Shown here piece by piece: positions 52,748 through 64,000 of a stretch of 64,000 bases of DNA. Within the stretch, counting starts at the first letter, position 1; each line of letters opens with the position of its first letter. The position numbers were made by a program, and so were the translations under genes. Location: assembly GCA_964234715.1 (NCBI GenBank), contig OZ174288.1; one strand, written 5' to 3'. This DNA comes from Podarcis melisellensis. Its lineage: Eukaryota. The notes beneath the pieces are model-generated. The model ran no database searches and was not told the origin of the DNA. It saw only the letters and a list, made by a program, of their open reading frames with translations.

Positions 52748-53087
52748 TCATTTATTATTTATACCCTGCCCATCTGGTTGGGTTTCCCCAGCCACTCTGG
52801 GTGGCTTCTAACAGATTATTAAAATACAATAATCTATTAAACATTAAAAGCTTCCCTAAACAGGGCTGCCTTCAGATGCCTTCTTAAAGTCTGGTAGTTG
52901 TTTTCCTCTTTGACATCTGGTGGGAGGGCGTTCCACAGGGCGGGTGCCACTACCGAGAAGGCCCTCTGCCTGGTTCCCTGTAACTTGGCTTCTCGCAGTG
53001 AGGGAACCACCAGAAGGCCCTCGGAGCTGGACCTCAGTGTCCGGGCAGAACGATGGGGGTGGAGATGCTCCTACAGGTATACTGGGC
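52748..53087 (-). mobile_element. L2 LINE 3' fragment
   Basis: Reverse complement of ~41535-41870. Confidence 0.9.
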
Positions 53088-55555
53088 AGAGAACATGGGG
53101 AAAGCCTGGAGGGGGGTCCCAGAGCACAGGTCCTTGTATCCGGCACCTTGCTTTCTACAGTAGTCTAAGCTCACAAGCAGGGCAAAAAAAAAACCCCATC
53201 CCTCTCGCAAAGTTTTTCCCCAGCAGCTGGTATTCACTGGCATAATGCCTCTGAAACTGGAGGGTGGCTATTAGGATGTCACATTTCCGCCCCCTCCCCC
53301 ACCGCTCTATTTTTGCTCTGAGAGTTGGCTCTGCCCCTGTGCTCCAAGCTTATGATTTCTAATTTAACCAGAAGCATTTCTAAAATTAATTCTGGGGTTG
53401 GAGAATGTAGGGTGTGCTGTACACTTGTATCTGGATTCCTGCAATGCACCCAGCGCTTTCCTTGCATTTGATGCAAGAAACAGCAATTAGTGCAGAATGC
53501 TGCAGCACGATTGCTGACAGGAGCAAGACCCCATTAGCATATAGCACCTCTGCTCAGAGATCTGCACTGGCTGCCAATTTGTTCCTGGGCCAAATTCAAG
53601 GTGTTGCTATTAGTATATAAAGCCCTCAACAGTTTGGGACCAGTTTACTTGAAATACTGCCCTACCCCATATTGACCCACTCAAGCAGAATTGGCACTTT
53701 TACAAGTGCCACATAATGTCTGTACCACACTTGCAAGGAATCAGTCCTTTAGTGGGGCAGCACTTACTCTCCAGAAACCCTTCACCTATTGATATTATGC
53801 AGGCCCCTTCGTTGTATTTCTTTCAACGCTTGCTGAAAACACTTTTTTGTTTAAGCAAGCCTGTGAAGATATATGGCTTTCTTATGCATGTTCATTTTTA
53901 AATTGCTGATTTAATCTTGATACCTTGTATGCCTACTCGTTTTTAATGTTTGATTTTATCAGTGGAGGTTTCTGCTGATTAAGCGGTACATACATTGTGT
54001 TAAGTGAGTCAATAAGTCTCACCTACCCCACTGCTCTCTGTGTTACTGTGATGGTCACCAAACTGGATGGCTTTGAAAGAGGATAAGGCAAATTCATGGA
54101 GCCCAAGGCTATCAACAGCTACTAGTCATGGTGGTTATGCTCTACGTCCATTGACAGAAGCAGCAATGCCTCTGAACACCAGTTGCTGGAATTATCACAA
54201 GTGGGCAGAGTGCTGTTGTGTATATGCCCAGCTTCCTGGCTTCCCATAATGCACCTGGTCGGCCACTGTGAGAACAGCATATTGGGCTAGAGGAGCCATA
54301 GCGTAATATGGCAGAGCTCTTCTTATGTATGTGCACATTGGGCATGTCCCTGAAACCATACAACTAAATAAATAATTTTTGCTACTGTTGTATAGTTAAT
54401 TGCACCAAAATTCTTGTTGTATAATGTTTGAACGATATGTGCATGCGCTCCTGCCCATGAATAAAATACCACATGAGAAAGAATCTTGATACAACCAGTC
54501 ATACAATCGCATCAGGATGGTTCTTGTGTCCTATGTTCTTCAGCAGGGCCACACCAAGACATTTAGGCACCTGAGGTGAACCACGAAATGGAACCCCACC
54601 TCCGCACCAGAGAAGAAGGGGTGAGTGGAGCTCCAAAGCAGTAACTAAGGGGCAATAATGATCTACATCTGAATGTGATGCCCAAGTGGTTCCTGCCGCC
54701 TGAGGTGGCTGCCTTGCCTCATGGGTGGCCCGGCCCTGTTTTTCGGTACATGCAGACTATGTATGCAAGCCTACTTAGAAGCCCGTTTTGCAATTAAGTG
54801 GCATATAGGCCAATCAATGATGTGCATTAGTAAAACATGTACAATGGCATCAAGGGCCAGTTTCTTCCCCCTTCAGTGCTTTATCGGTGCATGCACACAC
54901 GTTACTAATACAGAACTTGGGGGGGGGGAGAGAAGCAGATGAATGGAAGGAATTGGAAACCACACCAAAATGTTCACACATTGCAAATGAATGCACTGCA
55001 AAATTTGAAAATAAAACATGGAATTATGGTGAATTCCTAATGTGGTTGGTTTCCACTTCGGAAACAAAAAAAGCTTATTAGGCCACAGGGAAACTCAGAT
55101 GGGAAGCATTTTAGAAACACCCATGTTCTGTAGAACCATCATGGCTAATAGCTATTGGATTTCTCCTGTGTGCACTTCCTGGGGAGTAAGTCCTATTGAG
55201 CAATGGGGCCTATGTCTGCGTAGCTTGCACTGCACAAGAGCTGCATACAAGGCTGGTAATAGTCATATGCTGGGAGATGCATGAGGTTACTCAATGTACA
55301 GTAGAACTTTCCCCCAGGCTAACAAATTCCTTCCAAGGATGCAAGTCATCATTCCAACACATGGGCTCTTCTGTTTAGTTTAGGCACTTTAACAGTTCAT
55401 CAGTGAAGACTGGTCCATTAGGACCCTGTGGAGCACTGCCCTACCGCCCCCCCCTCTGCCCCCAGCCTGCCTGCCTTCCTGTTTGCAACCAGTCCAGGGT
55501 GTGGCACTGGCTGTCAGCTTCCTCCTGCTGCTTAGCCTCAGTGTTGCCATTGTAG

Positions 55556-55879
55556 AACCACAGAGCCTAGGGCTTGCCGATCAGAAGGTCGGCAGTTCGA
55601 ATCCCCAATGACAGGGTGAGCTCCCATTGCTCGGTCCCTGCTCCTGCCCACCTAGCAGTTCAAAAGCACATCAAAGTGCAAGTAGATAAATAGGTACCAC
55701 TCCGGCAGGAAGGTAAACTTGCGCTGCTCTGTTTCGCCAGAAGTGGCTTTGTCATGCTGGCCACATGACCCAGAAGCTGTACGCCGGCTCCCTCGGCCAA
55801 TAAAGCGAGATAAGCGCCGCAACCCCAGAGTCGGCTACGACTGGACCTAATGGTCAGGGGTCCCTTTACCTTTACCTTT
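55556..55879 (+). mobile_element. Sauria SINE (slightly 5'-truncated)
   Basis: Family match; CCCTTTACCTTTACCTTTA tail. Confidence 0.9.
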
Positions 55880-56512
55880 AAGGAGAAGAATTGGGGCAAA
55901 ACTAGCATTAGTTGGCTCTGCCTGTTGTTGGCTCTGGCACTACATACTGTTGGCCTCCTGGCCTCCTGGCATAAGTGATAACCTTGTAGCCCAACAGGTG
56001 GTCAGCTCCCATCTGCCCCAGCTAGCAAGGGCAATGGCTAGGGATGATGGGATCTGCAGATCAGCAACATCGGGATAGCCATTGCTTCTCCTTCCACTGT
56101 TCTGCTGCAAGAGGGAAAATGCAAACTGAAGAATCCATATGCCGAATGAGACGGACATGCAGCACATGCTTCCTCAGAAGTCAGTCTCCCTGTGGAGCTT
56201 ACTCTCAGTGTTTACAGGGTTGCAGCCCAACTGCCTCCAATGGAAAGCACAACAGGGAGGGGGAAAGAGTGCCAGAGATCTGCCAGAACATCACCCTTGT
56301 TTTTCCAAAGTGGTGGGACAATGATGACCCTTGGCTCATCAAGTCCATCAGGTGGAGCCAGCATGGCCAGTGGTCAGGGATGATGGAAGTTGTGGTCCGA
56401 CAACATCTGCAGGCCTCCGTGTTGACTAACTCTATTCTAAATCATGCCTCATCATTTTCTATCAACTTTTCACAGATACTATGACATTTAAATGATGATA
56501 AATTGAGGGTCT

Positions 56513-56875
56513 GGGACACGGGTGGTGCTGTGGTCTAAACGACTGAGTCTCTTGGGCTTGCAGATCAGAAGGTTAGCGGTTCGAATCCCCGCGATGGGGT
56601 GAGCTCCTGTTACTCAGTCCCACCTCCTGCCAACCTAGCAGTTTGAAAGCATGCAAAAAAAAAGTGCAAGTAGATAAATAGGTACTGCTCCGATGGGAAG
56701 GTAAACTGTGTTTCCATGCACTGCTCTGGTTCCAGTGTTCCGTTGCACCAGAAGCGGCTTAGTCATGCTGGCCACATGACCCAGAAAAACTGTCTGTGGA
56801 CAAACGCCGGCTCCCTCGCTCTGTAAAGTGAGATGAGCACCGCAACCCCAGAGTCGTCAGGGGTTCTTTACCTTT
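56513..56875 (+). mobile_element. Sauria SINE with TSD
   Basis: Family match; TGAGGGTCT at 56504-56512 and 56886-56894. Confidence 0.88.
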
Positions 56876-57056
56876 TTTTAAAAAATGAGGGTCTAACACT
56901 TATCGAGGCCTAAATATACCACACAGCTTGTTTAGCATTAATAGATTTCTTTGGATTTCATACCAGCTGGGATCTCTGTCTGATACACAGGGTTTATATA
57001 AGACATTTTCTCAGAAATCTGTAGAACATAGTGGAAGTATTTTTTCAAAGACAGAG

Positions 57057-57062
57057 TTTATT
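57057..57062 (-). terminator. Likely poly(A) signal (AATAAA) of nog2
   Basis: TTTATT on the + strand at the distal end of a repeat-free, U-rich (minus-strand) region following the nog2 stop. Confidence 0.5.
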
Positions 57063-58217
57063 GCTAAAAATGTTTTGATCAGTCATGGTTGATATGTACA
57101 CTGATATGTTGCAAAAGGAATATTCAAGTAAACATTTTCAATATTTTCTGGCATAATCTCCAGCTCCCCCCCAACACCTCCTATACACAAACATTAAAAA
57201 ATAAATAAACTGTACACAAGAAATTTCTTTTTAACGTCTCTACATTACTATATGTATTCCAAAACAAAACAATCCATCACTCTTTCATAACTTCATATTT
57301 TTTTTAAAAAAAATCTCCTTAATCAATATACATATTTTTTAAAAAACCTAGACAACTTTGAATATTAGTCTGAAGATCAGTGACAAGTTCAGAAGATAAC
57401 AAACAAACAAAAATATACAGGAAACGGAAATTAAACACCTTCCCAAGGGGTTTGTGGGGGAAAGATGGGTATCATAAACCATCTTTCTGGGGCAAATATC
57501 TCCCTTCCCTTACGCTGAAGGAAAGTGTTCCATTTTGAAAGGGTTGGGCTCAACATGTGGTCCTGCATCATCACCATTTTATTATTAATAATAATAATTA
57601 TAATAATAACAATAACAACAACAATAATTATAATTATAATAAAAATAACCAGAAAAACACAGCGGATCTCCCCCCCCCCTTTTAAATTCTCTATATTTAC
57701 AAAGGATGGTAATTTTCCTCTTGTTAGAATGCTATATATATATATGTATAAAAATAAACATCTTATTGTAGTGCTTAGCTTTTCTTGGGCCTGCACTGCA
57801 GTTCCTTTCAGGTTTTGCTTTCCCCATTTCAAATAAAATAAAATAATTAAAAAAAAGAAATACAGTGCAAGGGGTTGCTGGGACAGGGTGGGGTAGGACT
57901 GAGAAATGAATAAGCAAGGTCTCGTGTGTCAAAAGTTTCTATGTCCCCTTATCTTGGGAGCACAAGGTCTACCAGGAGACAAGCGAGTTCTTCATTCAAT
58001 CGTAAAAAAAACCAACCCTAATCAAAGTTGCAAGATTACTGACACCTGTCATATCCATCAACAATCTGATTGGAGGTTCTCAGGATGCCAAGGCCTCTTG
58101 GACAAGTCCCCCGTGTGAGATTTCCAGAACAGTGTCTACTCCACCCCATCTCAAGGGACTGGGGTTGTTCTGAAAGGCAGTTCTGCTAGAGCTGATCCAC
58201 ATATCCACATGCAACGC

Positions 58218-58262
<45 letters not shown>

Positions 58263-58309
58263 GGAGCAATGAGGTCTCTTAGATCCAGCAAGACACCCCA
58301 AAGCTGAGG

Positions 58310-58960
58310 CTAGCAGGAGCATTTGCATTCTGAAATCACAGGGTACTGGACAGGTATCCAGGTGCAATATTTCTGCTTCGACCACCCTTGGCAGTACCAT
58401 CTCAGGAAAGTCTTGGTGACTGACTTGACAGGCTTACAGGACATGCCCTCAGGGAAGGAGCAGGACTTCTCCGCAAAGCAGTTCCCTTCCTTGATGTAGC
58501 GAGGCCAGAATCTTAGTCCCAGATCCTTCCAGGTGTACAGCACAGGGCAATAGGTGTACGCCCAAAGCCACTGCAGAAACTTCCGGCGGGCTTTCTTGCC
58601 CATCTTGAGCCTGGTCCCATAGGGAGTCTCGCCCAGGTCCAGCTTCTTCAGCTCGTTGGGCAGCGGGCCAAGGCCTTTGAAGCGGTGCAGGGCATCCGAA
58701 GCAGACAGGTTGTTGGCCTGGGCTGGGGCCGCCACGGACATGAAACTGGGGTCAAAGTTGCTGCCCAGCTTCTTCCTCAAAGTCCGCTCGTCCAGGTCTT
58801 GCTCCTTGGGGTCATACTCCGGGTCGGGATGCTCGATGATGTCCTTGACGGGCAGGCTGTCGCTGGGGGAGGGCCGGAGCCGCAGGTAGGGCTGGCAGGA
58901 GCCCGGCTGGAGCAGCAGTGCTAAGCAAGAGCAGAGCAGGAGAGCTTGCGGGGCCGTCAT
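58310..58960 (-). CDS. nog2: Noggin-2, secreted cystine-knot BMP antagonist (216 aa, single coding exon)
   Basis: Signal peptide MTAPQALLLCSCLALLLQPGSC; noggin N-terminal clip QPYLRLRPSPSDSLPVKDIIEHPDPEYDPKEQDLDERTLRKKLG (nog2-type rather than the nog1 QHYLHIRPAPS); basic heparin-binding RLKMGKKARRK; WKDLGLRFWPRY; nine C-terminal cysteines ending ECKCSC. Confidence 0.96.
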   Translation of the reverse strand: MTAPQALLLCSCLALLLQPGSCQPYLRLRPSPSDSLPVKDIIEHPDPEYDPKEQDLDERTLRKKLGSNFDPSFMSVAAPAQANNLSASDALHRFKGLGPLPNELKKLDLGETPYGTRLKMGKKARRKFLQWLWAYTYCPVLYTWKDLGLRFWPRYIKEGNCFAEKSCSFPEGMSCKPVKSVTKTFLRWYCQGWSKQKYCTWIPVQYPVISECKCSC

Positions 58961-59849
58961 GCTCTCCTCAGCCCAGCCCAGCCCCAGGGCGCAATGTAAG
59001 ACAGGGGGTCCCCACCAGCAGCCCCAGACAGGACCCAGGCACTACCGTGGACTTGCTTCTTCCTTGCCTGCCCCCTTTCGCCGATTGTTAATACTCCACG
59101 GCCCCACTTGCCAAGTCCAGGGGGTTCATAAATAGGCTGAGACAAAGTCCAGCAAGGCCTCTGGCTTTAAATAGATCGCCAAGGGGTTAGATGACAGACG
59201 CATGTAAGGTCCCCCTTGGCACTCCCTCCCTGCTACTAATCAAGCATGGTGAGCGGGGAGAGGTGGGGGCGAGAGAGAAAATGGGGTGGCAGGGAAAGGA
59301 GAATCGGGGTGGGCGGGAAGCGGCCGCCCCCTCCTTGCGAAACAGCCTCCCCAAAGGGCAACCCAATTCTTTCTAGCTCTTGGCCGTTCCAACCCCCCTG
59401 CTTCTCCTTCTCCTTCTCTCCTCTCCCTCTCTCCAAAAAATTCACAGCGGACCGACCTCCATCCCCATGGTGACAGCTGGACTTAGACCCACGACAACAT
59501 GTCTAGACGGTATGACAGGGTTTGGCGTGAGACTGGAGCCCAGGAATAAAACCCTCTTTTATAGATGGGGAACTGTGGAAAAGGGGTGGGGGGGAGAGCG
59601 GGCGTAGCAAAGGGGTGGGAGGTGGAGGTGGGGGCTGGAGGAGAGGGTTTTTACAAAAAGAGGGAGAGTCACAAGAAAATGGGGCCAATTTTTTGGTGGG
59701 GTGGGGGGCTCCCTACTTTTCCCTGTTATCCCCCGCCCCTTCGAAGTGCAGTCAATTTCTTCTTGTTGCGGTTATTGTTATTATTATCTCCTCAAATAGC
59801 CGCAGATCCCCAAGGAAACTGCCAAACGGCCCCAGGAGAACTTTTCTTC

Positions 59850-61050
59850 ATTTTCGACGTCTTTTCTTCGAGAAGGTGCAGCGTGTCCCAGCGCAGTGGG
59901 GGGAGCGGGGATCTTGCTCGACCGCGGAGGACAGAGAGCAGAAACTTTCCGCGCTCCCTTAGTAGGATCCAGCTGCCCCCGAACCTATCTCCGAGGTCAT
60001 CCTCCGCGCCACTCCAAAGCGTAGGCACCCAATAAAATCCCAAAAGCCGCGGGTGGGGGGCGAAGCACGAGCCACTGCCCCAAAAGACGAAACTCAAAAA
60101 GCCTCCGAGGAGATCGCCCCCCGGTGCAACTCCGAGGGGCGGCGAGTCCGGGAGCCGAGAGAGCGCGAGGATCGGAAAGAGTTGCCTCGCTCGCCTTGGC
60201 GGGGGTTGGGGTTTGTTTTTCAAGCCAGCCAATTGGCAAAAGTCAAACGCGTCGCCCCGCCGTCGCCAGGCTGATCTCTTTCTCCAGGAGCTTCAGGATC
60301 CCGGAGTGGGGGGGGGGGAGCTGCGGGGGGCGGAGAAGCCGCCTGTCTGGGTGCGCGCGGGGGGCTCGCCTCCTTCTCGCCGCCGCCTCGCAACGTGCTC
60401 TTCTGCGGGAAGAAGGGAGCGAGCGAGCGAGGTTTCGCTGCAGCAGCCTCAGCTCGCCCCGTCTCCAAGGCTCGGCTCGGGAGGAATGCCTCGATCCTCT
60501 TGCTGCTGCTGCTGAATCTGGTGCGGCGGCGGCGGCGGCGGGCGGCGGCGGCGGCGGCGCCTGGCTGCCTCCTCGTGGGGCGCCGGAAAGGCGGCGAGGT
60601 CCTTCCTTCGCTCCCTGCCCTGCCGGGGTGGCTGGCTCGCTTCTCCGCCGGAGCGCCTGGTCGCCGTGCGCCTCTCGTGCGCTCCTGCCCGCGCTCTTCC
60701 TCGCCCAAGCGCCTCGCTCGCTCGCTCCTGCGCCCAATGGCTCCGCTGCCCAGCCAGCGCGCGACTGCTGCGCTCGCCTCGCTCAATCCCAAATTAAATA
60801 TCCCCCCTCGGATGGAGCCAAGTGTCAACGGGAACGGCCCACCTCTGTCACTTTCACCACGTTGCCTGATTGACAGCTCCCGCTTGCTCCCTCCCCTCCG
60901 CTCCGCCGGCCCTAGATTGAAGCGCGCGCGGGACCCGCCGCTGGGTCCTAAAGACGCACCATGTTCCTGCACTGGGGGCTCCCTGGCTCCTTCTCTCTTG
61001 CAGGCTTGCAAGGAAGGTTGCGTGTGCGGTGAGAGAGCGGGGGTGTTTGC
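59850..61050. promoter_or_regulatory. CpG island / promoter region of nog2
   Basis: Very GC- and CpG-rich, transposon-free, immediately 5' of nog2 on the minus strand; contains CCAAT boxes and a TGATTGACAG motif. Confidence 0.85.
60523..60559. repeat. (GCG)6-G-(GCG)6 trinucleotide repeat within the CpG island
   Basis: Direct reading. Confidence 0.9.
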
Positions 61051-62422
61051 GGTTGGTTTCCATGCGAAAAGTATTACTAATGAAGAAGATGATTATAATT
61101 ATTATTAACATAGGAAGCTGAGCTGCCTTCTACTGAGTCAGACCATTGTCCCATTTGGCTCAGTGCTGTCGACACTGACTGGCAGCGGCTCTCCAGGGTT
61201 CCGGGCAGGAGTCTCCCCCAGCCAGACGTGCAGATTCTGGGGATTAAGCTGGGTGCCCTTTCCCTTCTTAGTATTTATATCACTTCAGCGTTGTTGAGAC
61301 ACCGATTTCGGATTCTATACGCATTTCCCTCTGGGCAGACTTGTAGGGTGTTATTGTGGCTCGAGCGCTGGTGGACAACCCCAGTGGGCAAACCCCAGTG
61401 TGTGTACAGACGAAGACAGACAGCACACAAGCACACGCAGAGGTATGGGGGGTGGGGGCGTGAAATGCAAGATGCACAGCCTGTGACACGTCTGCTCTGC
61501 GTAAAGTCCAAGCGTTTTATTTTGCTTTAAAGAGACTAAGCCGGCTACCCCCTGGAATTTACAAAAAGCACTTGTCTCGCATTTGATGTTCCAGCCAACC
61601 TTTGAGATAATAATGGACCGGATTCCGGTGGAGCACTCCAACTGTCAGGATGCAGGGGCGGCGCGGGCGGGGTAGGGGGAAGAGTGTAGGAGAAGCGATT
61701 TTTTGTTCTTTGCACGCGGCTGCCTTGTGTCTTTGCTACAACCCTCTCAATGTATCCTCCTCCGGTTCTTCTCCGCTTCTTCCCAATAGAGAAGGGAGGA
61801 GGCTGGGTGTTTTATTTTCTCTCTACTCTCCAATCCTAGACTAGGAAGGAGAGGGTGGAGACTACTTGTGGCAGAATTCAAGGCACTCTGCACGTGCCCT
61901 GTCTCCATATAACATCACATGCCCCCAAAGCTGAGCCCTGGTACACTTCCTGGCAATAAGAAGCACTGATATTACCATCACAGAGGGAGGAGGAATTTAC
62001 TTAGAAAGATTGATAAACTGCTTAAGCAGTGTACATAATCAAAAATGTAGATAACCCACAGCTAGAATCCACAGAATAATAGTTATTAAATCAGATAAAA
62101 TCAGTAAAGTAAAAGCTTTAAAAATGAATATGAATGCAGGTAGCTAAAATGACCTTGTATACGTTGTGGCAGAGATGTCTTCTGGAAGGCATTTGAAGTG
62201 GAAAATTTTGCCTCTGTGTGTTGCTCACACCACATACAACAAGCAATTACTTTTGTGGCTTTCTGGTGAGGCAACAGCCTTTAATTTGCAAGATTTGATT
62301 TCCATTAAACGTTTAAATCATGCTTTGGATTTCATGTTCACAAGCCTGTGTGTCAGAATACTGCTTGTACCATTGTTTGCCTCATCTCGATGTCTCATCA
62401 CTGTCAAGAGCACTGAAGTGTT

Positions 62423-62425
62423 ATA

Positions 62426-62483
<58 letters not shown>
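62423..62483. repeat. (ATA/ATG)n microsatellite; a second (AAT)n lies at 62786-62843
   Basis: Direct reading. Confidence 0.9.
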
Positions 62484-62784
62484 GTATTATTCTCCAGTTT
62501 ATAAGTCACTTGCTACTTAAATAGTCCCATGAGTGACTCACAAAGTTTTAAAAACATACACCGTAACATGAAAATGAAAAAGAACAATGCATTACAATAA
62601 AAAACGCTACAAAAACCCACAGAACAGATTCTGAAACAGCTGCAAAAGAACCTTTGCTAGCAAAATATTTTGCCGTTGCTTTCTAAATAGTGTTATTTCT
62701 TATTTTTTGATGGTTGAATCTATGCTTTAAATTGTGTATACTTTATCTTTTAATTCTTGTAAGCCACGTGTGGTGAAAAGCAGG

Positions 62785-62843
<59 letters not shown>

Positions 62844-64000
62844 TCCAGCAGATCAGACTCATTCCTTTTTCAGCCCACCAACACCCGCTTCATTCGCACA
62901 ACAGAGGAGCCCCAGTAGGCCACCCTACCAGGAGGCCCAGAATTCTAGCTTCTGGGATGCTGGGTCCCTGAAATCTCCCTGCTTTACCCCCCTTCACTAA
63001 ATTTGAGAAGTGGTGCCATTTTTAAAGTTGCATTTAGTTTCACTGCAGTTTCACTCAGATACTCAGATGTAAATTCCACCGACAGCAAAGGATTGAAGGT
63101 CATGTGTTTAGGATCAGGATGAAATGAAATGAAAGAGGGTGACTTGACTGTCTTGAAATCTGGGGGTGGGGGCACAGAGAAGGCTCAGTCCAGTGCATAT
63201 GAGCTTACTCCACACTTGAGTCCTGGGGGAGTCCCATGGTCTTCGCTCTTTCCCCCTCAGCATGGAATAGGGATCATTTTGATAAGCGCATTTCCTAGTC
63301 TCGGTTCAGCTCCTGCCTCCATCGCAGCTTGTGGGCAGCAAAAGGGTTAATGGGGGTGTGAAGGAGATGGAGAAAACCAAGAGGCAACAGAGATGAGAAA
63401 CTCAGCACAAGCTGCTGGCCGACCGCTGGGCGCTGCTGTAGGCACTTGTTTAGAAAAACCAGGCGGGGGAAAAGATGCCTGCGGTCTCGGCTCTCCCGGT
63501 TTTTTGTAAGAGGGCCAGCTCAGCAGAGAGCCTCGTCGGCTGCCCCGACTAGGACACTTTTCAGCTTCCTCCGCACCAAGGATGGGGAAGCAGTGGCCCT
63601 ACGGATATTGCGCGGCTCCCCAGCTCCCTTCCGCCCCAGCCAGCATAGCCAATGGCCAGGGGTGATTGTAGTTCTGCAACATCTGGAGGGCCACTGGTTG
63701 GTACAGCAATAAAACTGCTAGCACATTTGCAAAGCTAAGCAGGGTCCGGTATGGTTCCAAATTGGATGGGGAACCACATGTTGAAATCCCTGCATTGCAG
63801 GGGGTTGGGCTAGAGGACCCTCCAATTCTCCATCTCTGTGCTGGGAGATGCGGACTTGGGAGTCCACTTGTCTCATGCCCGTACATGTTTCCTCAGTAGT
63901 AAGTCAAGGGGGCTGACTCTCAGGAAAGTGTTTATAGGACTGCAGCTTGTGGAAGCAGGTTCCCATTGGGACTAGTAGGATAGAAGGGACAGTAGGTGGA

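Noticed and set aside
57431-57836. Poly-Ile ORFs (and poly-Leu, poly-Tyr and RE-repeat ORFs elsewhere)
   Set aside because: Translations of microsatellites; this one lies within the presumed nog2 3' UTR.
59565-61111. Several long overlapping ORFs (up to 263 aa) on both strands
   Set aside because: Products are low-complexity Arg/Ala/Gly/Pro-rich; stop-codon scarcity is expected in a CpG island; no recognisable domain.

Overview
Vertebrate genomic DNA from a squamate reptile, most likely a lacertid lizard, judged from eight Sauria-type SINE copies plus BovB, L2, CR1 and RTE-X-like LINE pieces. The only confidently identifiable host gene is an intronless noggin CDS of the noggin-2 type (58310-58960, minus strand). 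It sits in a repeat-poor zone, with a CpG island upstream (~59850-61050) and a ~1.25 kb AU-rich 3' UTR. The other ~56 kb is mostly transposon-derived: a young RT ORF open from base 1, a young L2, a solo LTR, and several hAT and Tc1/mariner MITEs with intact TIRs and TSDs. There are also many microsatellites and a 200-N gap. The most interesting unexplained signals are (1) minus-strand exon-like segments with good splice sites that join in phase into an unrecognised ORF of at least 167 codons, (2) a cluster of co-oriented CTCF-like motifs 15-17 kb downstream of nog2, (3) a 273-bp, 99%-identical local direct repeat, and (4) a MITE carrying telomere-like CCCTAA units. I see no firm evidence of a novel multi-gene system. 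Family names come from recognition, not database searches.
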